64,000 nt of DNA, from contig NC_045696.1 in assembly GCF_009834535.1 (NCBI RefSeq), positions 69,132,001 to 69,196,000 of the forward strand, read 5' to 3'. This DNA comes from Camelus ferus. Taxonomy: Eukaryota. Below the pieces are notes generated by a model. The model did not search any database and was not told the origin of the DNA. It saw only the letters and a program-made list of their open reading frames with translations. Of this stretch, positions 1 through 10,190 are shown in pieces (the first letter of the stretch is position 1; each line of letters begins with the position of its first letter). Position numbers and translations under genes: made by a program.

Positions 1-108
1 CCCAAGGATTAGCTATACCCCTGCCTCCACCTGCAAGGCCAGAGAGGGGTGCTGGTCCTTTCTAAGAGATGTAAGCTTCCCTTTGATTATCAGTTCTTTG
101 GTGATTGG

Positions 109-109
109 T

Positions 110-146
<37 letters not shown>
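109..146. repeat. (TG)n microsatellite in KNG1 intron 1
   Basis: Perfect (TG)16 at 115-146 plus an imperfect flank. Confidence 0.95.
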
Positions 147-149
<3 letters not shown>

Positions 150-211
150 CCTGGACTCTGAGTGACAGCACAAATCCCAAATGACTTCAAAGTTAATCAC
201 AGTTCACTCAC

Positions 212-406
212 CGTCTTCCTGACCTCAGTTACACGATACAATACAAACTGGTTGCCACTTTTGTTTTCACTGTTGTATTTCCTGAGAGCACTGTCCACAG
301 CCTTAAATACATCCTGGTCGTTGCAGTCAATTTCTTCTGAGAAGGGCTCCTGGGTCAAACTTGGTAGCAGCCTGGAGCAAAGGAAAAGGATGGCGATTAA
401 TTTCAT
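212..406 (-). CDS. KNG1: Kininogen-1, coding exon 1 (signal peptide and start of cystatin domain 1); rest of gene beyond left edge
   Basis: MKLIAILFLCSRLLPSLTQEPFSEEIDCNDQDVFKAVDSALRKYNSENKSGNQFVLYRVTEVRKT matches the kininogen N-terminus; 195 nt, phase-0 donor ACG|gtgagt at 211; lies downstream of HRG as expected from synteny. Confidence 0.96.
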
Positions 407-636
407 GATTTAACAGTCTCCCTCTGGGAGTTTCACCAAGAATTGAGAGCCTGATTTAGATGCTGATTTTAACTGTCTTCAGCCTCTGTCTTCTCCTGGC
501 TCTCCTCTCTCTGCCACAGCTCTGTGAAGCCCTCGTTTTGATTGCTGCTGCCTTGAACTATTTGCCCAATTCCAAAAGGACAAATGGCCCTGCTGGGGTA
601 TCTAAGCAGATTTTGGGCTGAAATGTTACAACACTC

Positions 637-710
637 GGGTTGTTGACCTGCTTGTTTGTATTTGGGGAGCATGTGAGAGCAGAGAGCACATTTCCCAGTG
701 ATTGCACAAC
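637..710 (-). promoter_or_regulatory. KNG1 proximal promoter liver motif cluster (IR1/FXRE-like, FOXA-like, CTGGGA acute-phase-like, C/EBP-like)
   Basis: GGGTTG-t-TGACCT IR1 at 637-649; TGTTTGT 653-659; CTGGGAAA on minus strand 691-698; ATTGCACAAC 701-710; 230-300 bp upstream of the ATG. Motif matches only. Confidence 0.55.
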
Positions 711-1926
711 CTTATCTAGCAAATCAGAGCAGACTCTAATTAAGGAGGAGAAAAAAACACCAACCACCTCTGTTATTCCCTTGTGACTTTCCCAAAGCCA
801 TTTATGAAGGTCACTGCATGTGACAACAATGCAACAGTGAGTACAGTGTGCAAACACCTTTCAATAAAATTTCTTTGCAGGACAGCTAGCTGCAGAGAAG
901 CAAGCTGTCGGCCATCATATTGCATGATTGTCGCCACACACAGGGACATAGTGAGTGCTGGGGGTCCCACACCAGGATAGTGGTACAGCTGAAAATAAAT
1001 TATGGACATCCTCTCTGGTCTTGGCTAAGCCAGCCTCTCTCCACTTAATTGCATTAGTTCTAGAAAGGAAAATGCTCCCCAGGGTGGAGGAGAAAGGGGA
1101 GAAGCATTAGATGAGATGGGCTGGGTGAAGCCCTGCACCCCCAGTCCTTGTTTCTGGTTTGTGGATATGGGTGTCTTTCATTACCAAGCCTCAACCACCT
1201 TTTTGATAAGAATCGACCATCTGGGGAGAGGTGGTGTAAGAGTAGCCCCTGGTAGATGTTTTTCCTCAAGTCTTACCTCCCCCCCCCAAAAGATATTTGA
1301 CTACTTTGTTGCTGTTGATAGGGTCTTTAGCTTGGCAGTTCAGTCTCCGTGAGAGCCCCTGGAAAAGCAGGATCAGTGCGGGCTGAATGGTGGCCTTGCA
1401 GTAGAGTGGCGGGAACATGAACTTGGCAATCAGTCCAAGCTCGATTCCCATCTAGCTCTGCTACTTACCTGCTCTGTGATTCTGAACAATTCAGGGTCAT
1501 ATAACCTTTCTGAGCCTCAGTATACTCCTCTGTAAAATGTAGAAAATCATAGTATCTCAATGGATTTTTTGAGCAGTGAATGAGGTAATATATATACAAG
1601 CCTGGTAATTAGTTCTTATAAATTAAATCTACATTTAGAGTGGGATGGCTAAGAATCCTTGACTTACTGAAGCTGTTTCAGGTGCATGGTGATGGCAGAA
1701 GGTAGATTCCAGTGTGTGTGTGTATGGGGGTGGGGGCAGGAAAAAAAGCTAAGCATAAAAGGAACTCGTGTGAGTTCATAGGCTGGGAAGAAGGAGGGGC
1801 CTGCAAAGATGGAGAAGCTGGAGCTGGGAGAGTGAGGAGATAGCTGAGAGTGCACAGTCCAGGAGGAGGTGGAAAGGAATACAAGGCTAATCATGGTGGT
1901 GTTGTTAAGTGAAGACTCAAAAACTG

Positions 1927-2644
1927 TGTTGTCAAACCCAAGTTCATGTGCCCAATGTACTGTGAGCAACCCCCCCACCCCCCACCAAAATGTCAGAGTT
2001 TGGATCCAAGAAAGGTTTATTGGTTGAGGAGGAGCCAACCTGGAAGATGGGAGACCTAGACTTGTCTCAATCCATCTTGCTTGCTGGCTGGGGCACAAGG
2101 CTTTTAAAGGCAAAAAAGGTAAAGAGGAGGAGATATTTGTGATTTTCAAATTCCCGATAAGACCTCAGTTGCAAGACACCTTGTGATTTGATGTGTCTTT
2201 GATTATGGTGACTCATCTATGTGTTTCTACAAAGCAAACTAGCAAATCATGCTTTTGGGATCCCTTAACTTCTTTCTAGGAGGGGGCAAAAGCAATGGCT
2301 GAGGCATTTTATTAGTTACTTAGAGCTTTCATTATGGTTCGGGAGCTTCAGTTCCTAACTGACCCTCCCAGTGTCGTCAGTTTTAAGGCCAGCTGGTGGA
2401 AGCTGCAGGACAGTTTGGGGTCATAAATCGAGGCATTAGTTTAAGCTAATAATCATGGAAAAGACTATGTTGGGCTTGCTTTTCCTTTGTTTCTGCATTC
2501 CCTTACATCCCTAGCCCATAACTGTTTGATTCTGCTCTTTGGAACTCAGGGAAGATCTAGGAGACCAAAGAAGAGGTAGGCAGAGGACATTGGGTCTGGG
2601 GTGGTGTGTCCCGGGAAAGCCCCAAAGGGTCCTGCTCGGTTACA
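1927..2644 (-). mobile_element. Solo ERV LTR
   Basis: On the minus strand it begins TGTAACCGAGCAGGACC and ends GACAACA; AATAAA near its 3' end (tttatt ~2016-2021); flanked by actg/acag (4-bp TSD with one mismatch); the other arm of the inverted repeat shows the empty site. Confidence 0.8.
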
Positions 2645-3228
2645 ACAGGACTTGGCAGTGTATACAGGAGTATAAAGGATGGGAAAGAATGTGACTTTGA
2701 AGGACACTGATCTGGGTTCTAATCCCAGTCCCACAATTTACTAATTATAACAAACATTAAAGAAACATTCATATACATTTTATATAATGTAACCAAAAAA
2801 TCTAGAAAAGGAGCAATCAATGGTGTGTGGTCTAAACCTCTAGCACAATGTAACATCCCTAAAGCGGGAGTTGTTTCTTACTCCGTTATTCACCTGCAGA
2901 AACTGTGTTTGCCTATTATGACTGCTTTTAACTGAAATGAATTGAGAGCATTCAGTTCTATATTTTCTGGGTAATATTTTTAATAACTCAAGCAACCTTT
3001 GAGAAAAGGCTTTATAAAAATTATAAAACACTACACAAATGCTTCTGCCACCACTACCGCTTTTTTTAGAGAAGAAAGATGAAGCCCAAAGAGGTTTAAT
3101 TACTTTCTTAATATCTTGTAATCAGTAAATTGTGGGACTGGGATTACAACCCAGATCGGCCTCCTCCAAAGTCACATTCTTTTCTATTTATTACATTGCC
3201 TGGATACACTGCCAACTCCAGTGTTTTA

Positions 3229-3540
3229 AATTTCTTTTTTAGTTTTATTGAGAAATAACTGGCATACATCACTGTATAAGTTTAAGGTATACAGCATGAT
3301 GCTTTGATTTACAAATATCATGAAATTATCACAATATTTAGTTAATATTCATCATCTCATACAGATACAATAAAAAGAAAGGAAAAAAAATTCTGCTTGT
3401 GCTGAGAACTCTTAGAATCTATTCTCTTAACAACTTTCCTATATATCACAGAGCAGTGTTAACGAGAGTCACCATGTTGTACAAGCACCCTGGTACTCAC
3501 ATATCTTAAACTGAAGCTTGTATCTATTGATCACCTTCTT
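3229..3540 (-). mobile_element. L1 3'-UTR fragment
   Basis: T-rich tail followed by tttattgagaaataactggcatacatcactgtataagtttaaggtatacagcatgatg, typical of an antisense L1 3' end. Confidence 0.75.
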
Positions 3541-4832
3541 CCAAGCCCTGTTTTTGACTCCTCACTTGCAACATCACCATGATCAGCCTTGTATTCCCTT
3601 CCACATCCTCCTGGACTATGCCCCTTCAGCCATCTCCTCACTCTCCCAGCTCCAGCTTCTCCATCTTTGCAGGCCCCTCCGTTTTCCCAGCCTAAGAACT
3701 TACCCAAGTCTCTTTCACCTTTAACTTTTCCCCCCAACACCTCACCCATCCCTTTAGAATCTACCTTTTGTCATCACCACGCACCTGAAACTGCATCACC
3801 AAGTCAAGCAGAGAGAATCTAAAGTCTTATTAGCCTGTGTCTAAATGCTTGAGCCCTGATTTGGGAAGAAGGGAAAAGAAGGAGGATTCCAGTATAGAAA
3901 AGATTCCTTTGACAGTGAAAATGAATAAAGAGAAGTTATCTGAGATGACAGAGCCCCTAGCCTGGGGAGAAGCTATGAGAAGAACAGAAGACTTCTGAAG
4001 CAGAGAACACCTCTGCCCTGCTTTCTGGAGATGTCGCCTGGAAGGCAGCAAGATCTCAGGGAGAGAACGCCATTTGGTATCTCTTGGCAGTCATTTCTGT
4101 TAGTGGTCTTACAGAGACTTCGTATATCCCCAGTTTGATACAGAAGTAGCAGATAAGCTAGAACTAAAGAGGGATGTGAACATTTCTCAGCAGGGGGACC
4201 TGGAGGACCAGTGATAAAGAATCAGACCTCTTTCTCATGCCCACCACCCAAACACCGTGGCACCACTTTGTGAGCAGAGTAGCAGGAACTCCTACCACTC
4301 CCTGTTAGCTCAGTGAGGATGGCAACCTGAAATAGAAATTAATTTATTCTTAAAATAAAGTGATATTTTCTGTGCACCTGAATTTATGGTCACGATTCCT
4401 GCTTGTAGTCTTTTTCGCAATTTACAGCACGAGCTTTGTTTCCTTCATAACTGAGTAGAGAACTTGTTTTTCCGAAAGGAAATTGAGAGGACTAGTAAAA
4501 ACAAGTAGAAGAGAATTTGGGTCACTTTTATCGGATACTCCTTTAAGTGAGAATACATCCCTCCTTGGCATGCCCCGCTGCAGCATAGGAACTAGTAGAG
4601 GAAAGATTCTAGAATTAAAGGAGGTAAGTCCAGGAAAGAAAGAAATTCTGAGGGTCAGAGATTTGCTCAAGTGGTATGGTAGTCAGTGATGGAATTAACT
4701 TCTAATCTGTAGCACTGAGATCTTTCCTCTTCTTTCTGTTTGTCTCTCTCTTCTCATGCTGTTTCCTCTCCCACTCACATTTTGCCCCATCCTTAGTATG
4801 AAAGTAAGTTTACAATCACTTGTAATTTTGCA

Positions 4833-4855
4833 TTTATTACTGGTCACATTTTATT
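4833..4855 (-). terminator. HRG polyadenylation signals (AATAAA x2)
   Basis: tttatt at 4833-4838 and 4850-4855, 55-77 nt downstream of the HRG stop codon. Confidence 0.6.
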
Positions 4856-4909
4856 TATGGTTCTAATTCAGAACATGATTCATTTTGCCCCAATCAAGGA
4901 CATCAGATT

Positions 4910-5689
4910 TTATTTTAGAGATGTATATGCAAAAAACTTTGAGATGTGTAGAAATTCATTGTTGAATGTCCCTGGACATGATTCAGAGGCTGATTGAGGA
5001 AAGGGCTGAATCTCTGGTTGTAGGGGATTATTGTGGTTTGGCAATGAGAAGCTGGGAAAATTGGCTCCGGGAAGAGGAAGAACTTCACCTGTCTTTAGTG
5101 GAGGGAGTCGGTGAACATATCCAATTTGTCTCCAATGGAAGGGAAAATGTCCTTTACCTGGACCTCTTTCTCCTGAGTGCCTAGGCGGTGGGCCACGGCG
5201 ATGGTGGTCTTCGGGACCTTGGTTATGGGGTGGTGGGTCACAGGGTCCATGGTCATGGAAATCATGGCCATGGGGATGGTGTCCATGGGGATGGTGTCCA
5301 TGGGGATGGTGTCCATGGGGACGGTGTCCATGGGGGTGGTGTCCATGGGGATGGTGTCCATGGGGACGGTGTCCATAGGGATGATGCTCACTTGAACTAT
5401 AATTATGAGGGGGTCCATGGGCCCCATTGGTGCCAAAGTAAGGGTGACGGCATCTTAACTCTGGAGGGGGAAATGGTGGAGGAGGTCCTGCTGGAAATGG
5501 TGGAGGAGGTCCTGCTGGAAATGGTGGTCTGCCTGAGTGACTTTTGCCTTCTAGAGGAGGTGGGCATCCAAATTCATGTGGCTTACAGGGATGACGGTGA
5601 CCTCTAGGTCCACCAGGCTTAAATGGAGGCCTGTCAGCAGGAGGATGTTCATGCTCACCAGAGTGGAGGGGATGGCTCAAATGGTGCTC
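4910..5689 (-). CDS. HRG: Histidine-rich glycoprotein exon 7 (Pro-rich region 1, His-rich region, Pro-rich region 2, C-terminal domain)
   Basis: Acceptor cag|GAG at 5689; EHHLSHPLHSGEHEH...GHHPH repeats...GPCDPPPH...RLPPLKTGEVLPLP...SESCPGTF...FFAYTSLK* matches the HRG C-terminus. Confidence 0.97.
   Translation of the reverse strand, partial: EHHLSHPLHSGEHEHPPADRPPFKPGGPRGHRHPCKPHEFGCPPPLEGKSHSGRPPFPAGPPPPFPAGPPPPFPPPELRCRHPYFGTNGAHGPPHNYSSSEHHPYGHRPHGHHPHGHHPHGHRPHGHHPHGHHPHGHHPHGHDFHDHGPCDPPPHNQGPEDHHRRGPPPRHSGERGPGKGHFPFHWRQIGYVHRLPPLKTGEVLPLPGANFPSFSLPNHNNPLQPEIQPFPQSASESCPGTFNNEFLHISKFFAYTSLK
5268..5389 (-). repeat. Coding 15-bp tandem repeat (GHHPH/GHRPH pentapeptides of the HRG His-rich region)
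   Basis: Unit GGA CAC C[A/G]Y CCC CAT x7 plus a degenerate EHHPY unit. Confidence 0.95.
5469..5527 (-). repeat. Coding 24-bp perfect tandem duplication (PFPAGPPP x2 plus partial)
   Basis: ggaaatggtggaggaggtcctgct at 5469-5492 and 5493-5516, partial copy to 5527. Confidence 0.95.
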
Positions 5690-6316
5690 CTGGTGAAGGA
5701 CACAATAAAGTGTATATCATCATGTAACACAAAAGAAGTTAGATGTTTAATTTAGACCAATGGCTCCCACACTTTTAAATTCTACAATTAATTTTAAAAG
5801 TAGGATACCAAAAAAGGGTTCCTCAAATTCTTATCTAGCCAAGTTGGCATTTTAAATACAAACAAAACTATCATCTACCACCATCATTATTTCACAATAG
5901 GAATAATATCTTGGTAACCGAAGAGTCAGAAAGGTAATCTCAGATTTAAGGATGGTCCTTTTGATGGAATAAATGTCATCTTCTTCTTCTTCTTCTCATT
6001 TCAACATAAACTGGTGAAATTATACTATAGAATGGTACTCATCTGTGGACCAACATTTGGGAAACTAGTGCTTTATAATTTATATTCTCAAGAGAGTTGA
6101 GGCTTTATGGTAGAAAGATCTCTTTCTAAAGGATAAGCATGTCACCTCTTCTTATTTCTTCTTGTTTAGATTTTAATTTTAAAGAAATTTATGGAACCAT
6201 GTTCAAACCTGTTCTCTTCCTTTTTTTTTTTTTTTTTTTGGTTTGGTACATGGACATTTGGATCATGGTCAGTTTTTGTTTGTTTGTTCTTTTTGCTGAT
6301 ATCAAAAATACTGTGA

Positions 6317-6484
6317 GAGGGAGGTATAGCTCAGTGATAGAGTGATGCCTAGCATGCACGAGGTCCTGGATTCAATCCCCAGCACCTCCATTAAATACAT
6401 AAATAATTAACAAACAAACAAACAAACAAACAAACCTAAGTACCACCCCCTCAACCAAAAAATAAAACAAAACAAAAACAAAAC
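6317..6484 (+). mobile_element. tRNA-Ala-derived SINE (vic-1-like), HRG intron 6
   Basis: gggaggtatagctcagtgatagag...gtcctggattcaatcccc (A/B boxes), A-rich tail, approximate TSD aaaatactgtga/aaactctgtga. Confidence 0.85.
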
Positions 6485-6966
6485 TCTGTGAAGGATATCT
6501 TGGTTTAGAATAAAGCTGTCTGGGACCTATGTAAAATATTGTTTTGAATCTTATTTCATATACCTTTATATAGTAAATTTTAAGTTCATTCATTCTTCTT
6601 AGGTTCTATGCCTATTAATAAAAGCCAGAAATTATTAAGAGTCAGCCCTGGAGTCCTGACTCCAAGGCCACTTTCAAGTTCATCAAAGGCTGCTTGAATT
6701 GGTTATGATTTTACTTTTCTGGCAAATATTATCCCTCCCCAATTCTTAGAAAAAATTTCATTCTTTTTGTGTCATACCAGCACCTATACTTTCCCCTGGG
6801 GCCTATTCTCTCTGTATTTCTCCTCCCCATCATCCTTCATCTCTCTCTCTCACACACACACACATACATACTACACACAAAGAGCCATAAGAACCAAATA
6901 TACTATGTGTGTGAAAACAGCACTTAATTTGGCATTGCTCATGACAAAGGCTACTTAGGTACCCAC

Positions 6967-7065
6967 CTTAGGGTTGAAGACTTCACAGTTTATGACAATG
7001 TTTTGGGGTGCCAAGTCAAAGGCTTCTGCATCATAGGATAAATATGCTCTGCAGAATCCAAAGAC
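6967..7065 (-). CDS. HRG: HRG exon 6
   Basis: tag|GTC...AAG|gtgggt; VFGFCRAYLSYDAEAFDLAPQNIVINCEVFNPK; 99 nt, phase 0/0. Confidence 0.95.
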
Positions 7066-8532
7066 CTACAAAGAAGACAGAAACCTGCTAGTGTCTCTGT
7101 GTGTGTATTTGAGCATGTGTGTGCAGGTGGTATGAAGATGCCCAGTTCTTGTCTTGAACTTCCAGACATTTGGGAGAGGAAGACAGGCTTTAGAAAAATC
7201 TGGGTAATATTATCAAATCTCCCCATCAGCTATTTAACCATCTTTCCTAGTCAACACTTTGGGGAAAGCGCAGGTTCCAGTGGGTTTCATTCCCAGTTGC
7301 TGTGGTCTTCCACGAATGGTCTCCAGTGCTGGGCTTCCCCAGGGGCTGTGGGAGGAGCACCATGTCATTGATGCCTTGCCTCCAGGCCAGCCTTCAACTT
7401 GAAGACCTGAGTTGCCTGGGCCTAGAGAGAGTGAAGAGTGATGTAGAAGAAGTATTTGCACAACTTCATCTGGCTTCTTGGAGGAAAGTGCTGGAAAGGA
7501 AGGAGCCAGTATAAATGTAGGATTGCACAGACCCTGTCAAAGTGACGGTCTGCTGACCCTATCCTGAGTTCCAAGGCTACAAGTGGCTGGCATGCCTATG
7601 TCCCAGAGGCCCCTACACTCAGCTGTCAAAGTTAGATTAGGACCAGAAGAGAACTCTTTCTTAAAAGAGACTTTTAAGCACTGAGATTCTGAGTACAGTT
7701 TTGGAATCGGACAGACCTATGTTAATCCTGGCTTCACCGTTTACTAGTTGTGAGTTTAAGGGAGTTACATAAAATTTCTGAAACTTAGTTTTTGTAAAAC
7801 ACTCGTTTTATCATACTAACTACTCACAGGCTGCGAGAGGCTTAATTAAGTGAGATGATGCTGGAGAACACTTAGGCTCGAGATCCTCATCTCCAACATC
7901 CGCCATGTTTCCGCGCGAGTTCACATTCCCCACACCAAGAAAGGGGCTTGTGGGGATGGGAGTTGGGGAGGAGGTGTCTTTTCTGGTAGCTACTCAGCAG
8001 GACTATAGAACTGTTTCAGTCTGAAAAGTCGAACAGCCGGAAAAGGTACTGATGACTGCCTCCTTTCTTTCAGTCCTGTAGAATGTGTTACCAAACATCA
8101 GAAAAATCCTGGACTTGAAATCAGAAGCCACCATTCAAATCCTGTGTCCTAATACTTTCCAGCTAAGTGCCTTTAGGTAAGTGTTTAAATTTCTAGGCCC
8201 TTCTGTCCCAGGGAAACAGAGGCAGACACTAGCTTCTCCTCAGAGGGGTTGTCATAGGGCTCCAATGAGGCAATAATATATGTGGTTTGCAAACTCTGAA
8301 TGCCAAGTGTCAAGACCCTCCTGCAGGTACCAGAGTTTCAATGTATAAGTGATTAGGGGAATGCTCCCACGGGACCAAGCATCTAGAGGACTGGATGCTA
8401 ATCTCAGCTGGGTTATGAACATCAAGCAGGATCCTGACTTTGCTGAGCCTCAGTTACCACCTCAATTGTCAGATGGGTCACTGTCCGGAGTAAATGAGGT
8501 GAAGTGGTGAAAGCACCCTTGGGTGTCAGTTC

Positions 8533-8675
8533 TTTTTTGTTTTTAATTTAATTGTTTCTTTTCAGGGGAGGAGGAATAGGTTATTTATTTAAATGGCAGT
8601 ACTGGGGATTGAACCCAGGACCCTGTGTATGTTAAGAACACGCTCTACCACTAAGCTAAACCCGCACCCACCCCC
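8533..8675 (-). mobile_element. tRNA-derived SINE (vic-1-like), HRG intron 5
   Basis: ctggggattgaacccagga...ctctaccactaagcta; TSD ggtgtcagttc/ggtatcagttc. Confidence 0.85.
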
Positions 8676-8972
8676 AGGTATCAGTTCATACTTAATACAA
8701 GCTAGTTATTAGTTTTCGCTACATCTTTAATCCTAATGGGTAAAAAAATTAAGTTTAGGTATATGTCATATATAATATAAATTATATTCTCATGATTCAC
8801 TTGTCTGTCCCTCAGTTTCCCCATCTGTAAATCAGGAATAAAACCATCTATTTCATTGGGTGAAGGTGGAGTTAATACGTGCACATATGTAAAGCACTCA
8901 GAAGGGTGCCCGGCACGAAGTAAGTAGTCTCTGAATGTTCCCCAGTATTTCACGTATGCTTATTCTACTCAC

Positions 8973-9053
8973 ATGAAAGTACCCTGGAAAGTGGTATCTG
9001 GAGCAGTTCCTCACTGAGAAGTCCACGTAGTAATTGGTTCTCTCTTCTCCTCT
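8973..9053 (-). CDS. HRG: HRG exon 5
   Basis: cag|AGA...CAT|gtgagt; RGEERTNYYVDFSVRNCSRYHFPGYFH; 81 nt. Confidence 0.95.
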
Positions 9054-10023
9054 CTGGAACAAATTGGATCAAAGACGTTTCAGGAATGTGAAACGTTTAA
9101 AAAAAAAAAAAAGCAGTAGATTCCTACTGTCCAATATACTGTAAAGCACCATGAGAATTCAAAATCCCCAGTACGAGCCATTTTTCTTATATCCTCTGCC
9201 TTTTACAAATCTGTCACAAGAGTGATAGGTAAGGTGAATACTATTTCATTGAAAAGGTAAAATAATACAGATGTAATCAAGCACAGTGTGAAAAAAATCG
9301 TCCTTCCTGCACCCCAACCCCTCCTTCTCAGAGGTACCACTGTCACCCATTTGACGGGTTTCTCCTTCCAGCGTTTTCCTGTTTGTTGCCCACACACAGA
9401 TATACCTAATTATTTAATATGAATGGGCTCATAGTCTAAGTATTGTTCTACAGCCTGCTTTTTCCTTTAGCAACTTATCTTGAAGCTCTTTCCAGTGCAT
9501 ATACCTCCAAAACATGGTTTTTAAGAGTTGCATTGTATTCATTCCATTGCTTGTAGGCACCATGCTCTATTTAACTTTGTGTTTTCAAAATGCATGACAG
9601 ACATCAACTAACTGCGCTACGAGACGACTCTGGGTGGGAAGCACTCAGGTCCCTAGACTGGGAGCAGAACTGTCTAGCTCCAGTCACACCGCTGGCTGTG
9701 GGAGATAGGAGCTCTGAGCCTCGGTTTTCCATCATAATACAAGGAGGTTCAGACCAGATGATTTTAATGACTCATCACCCTATTACGCACTTCTGTCTTG
9801 CCCTCTTTCTTATTTGGGTTTTCCCTTTTCCCTGTTAGATATTCACACCTCCCTACAACTCCAAAAACTGAGGGCAGTCCTGTCAGTGGAGGCTGCAACA
9901 GGGGTCTCTATTCAAAAGGCAGCTGCTGAGTGAGGCCAGCGGGAGGGTCGGTGCTGCTGAGTTTCCACCGCTGGGTTGGAGCCTGGGCCCTCAGACTCTA
10001 GCTAAACCTGAGTGGGGACTCAC

Positions 10024-10190
10024 CGCTCTTGAAACTCTCTTCACTTGGTCCACTCTGAAAGAGGCAAAGTCACTATTCTCCTTTTTGTACTTCTCCAGAG
10101 CTTTGTCAGCTTCTTCTCTGTAGAGCTCAGTGTCCTCAAAGAAATCGAAGAGTACTGGACTGTCTTTAGTGTTGGCCAGTGCCGAGGAGA
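10024..10190 (-). CDS. HRG: HRG exon 4
   Basis: cag|TC...GCG|gtgagt; (V)SSALANTKDSPVLFDFFEDTELYREEADKALEKYKKENSDFASFRVDQVKRVSRA; 167 nt, phase 1/0. Confidence 0.96.

Larger units (their letters stand above)
1631..3847. repeat. Degenerate inverted duplication (left arm ~1631-1926 plus 2645-2750; right arm ~3115-3216 plus 3541-3847)
   Basis: The arms are reverse complements, e.g. 1799-1840 cctgcaaagatggagaagctggagctgggagagtgaggagat vs ~3631-3674. ORFs 1678..1884(-) and 3589..3822(+) give near-identical peptides. Confidence 0.9.

Noticed and set aside
5095..5607. Repetitive ORFs 5095..5436(-), 5177..5395(+) and 5188..5607(+) (MDTIP/MGMVS/HGDGV repeats), and a superficially CRISPR-like array
   Set aside because: These are alternative frames of the 15-bp HRG coding repeat. 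There are no spacers and the context is eukaryotic.
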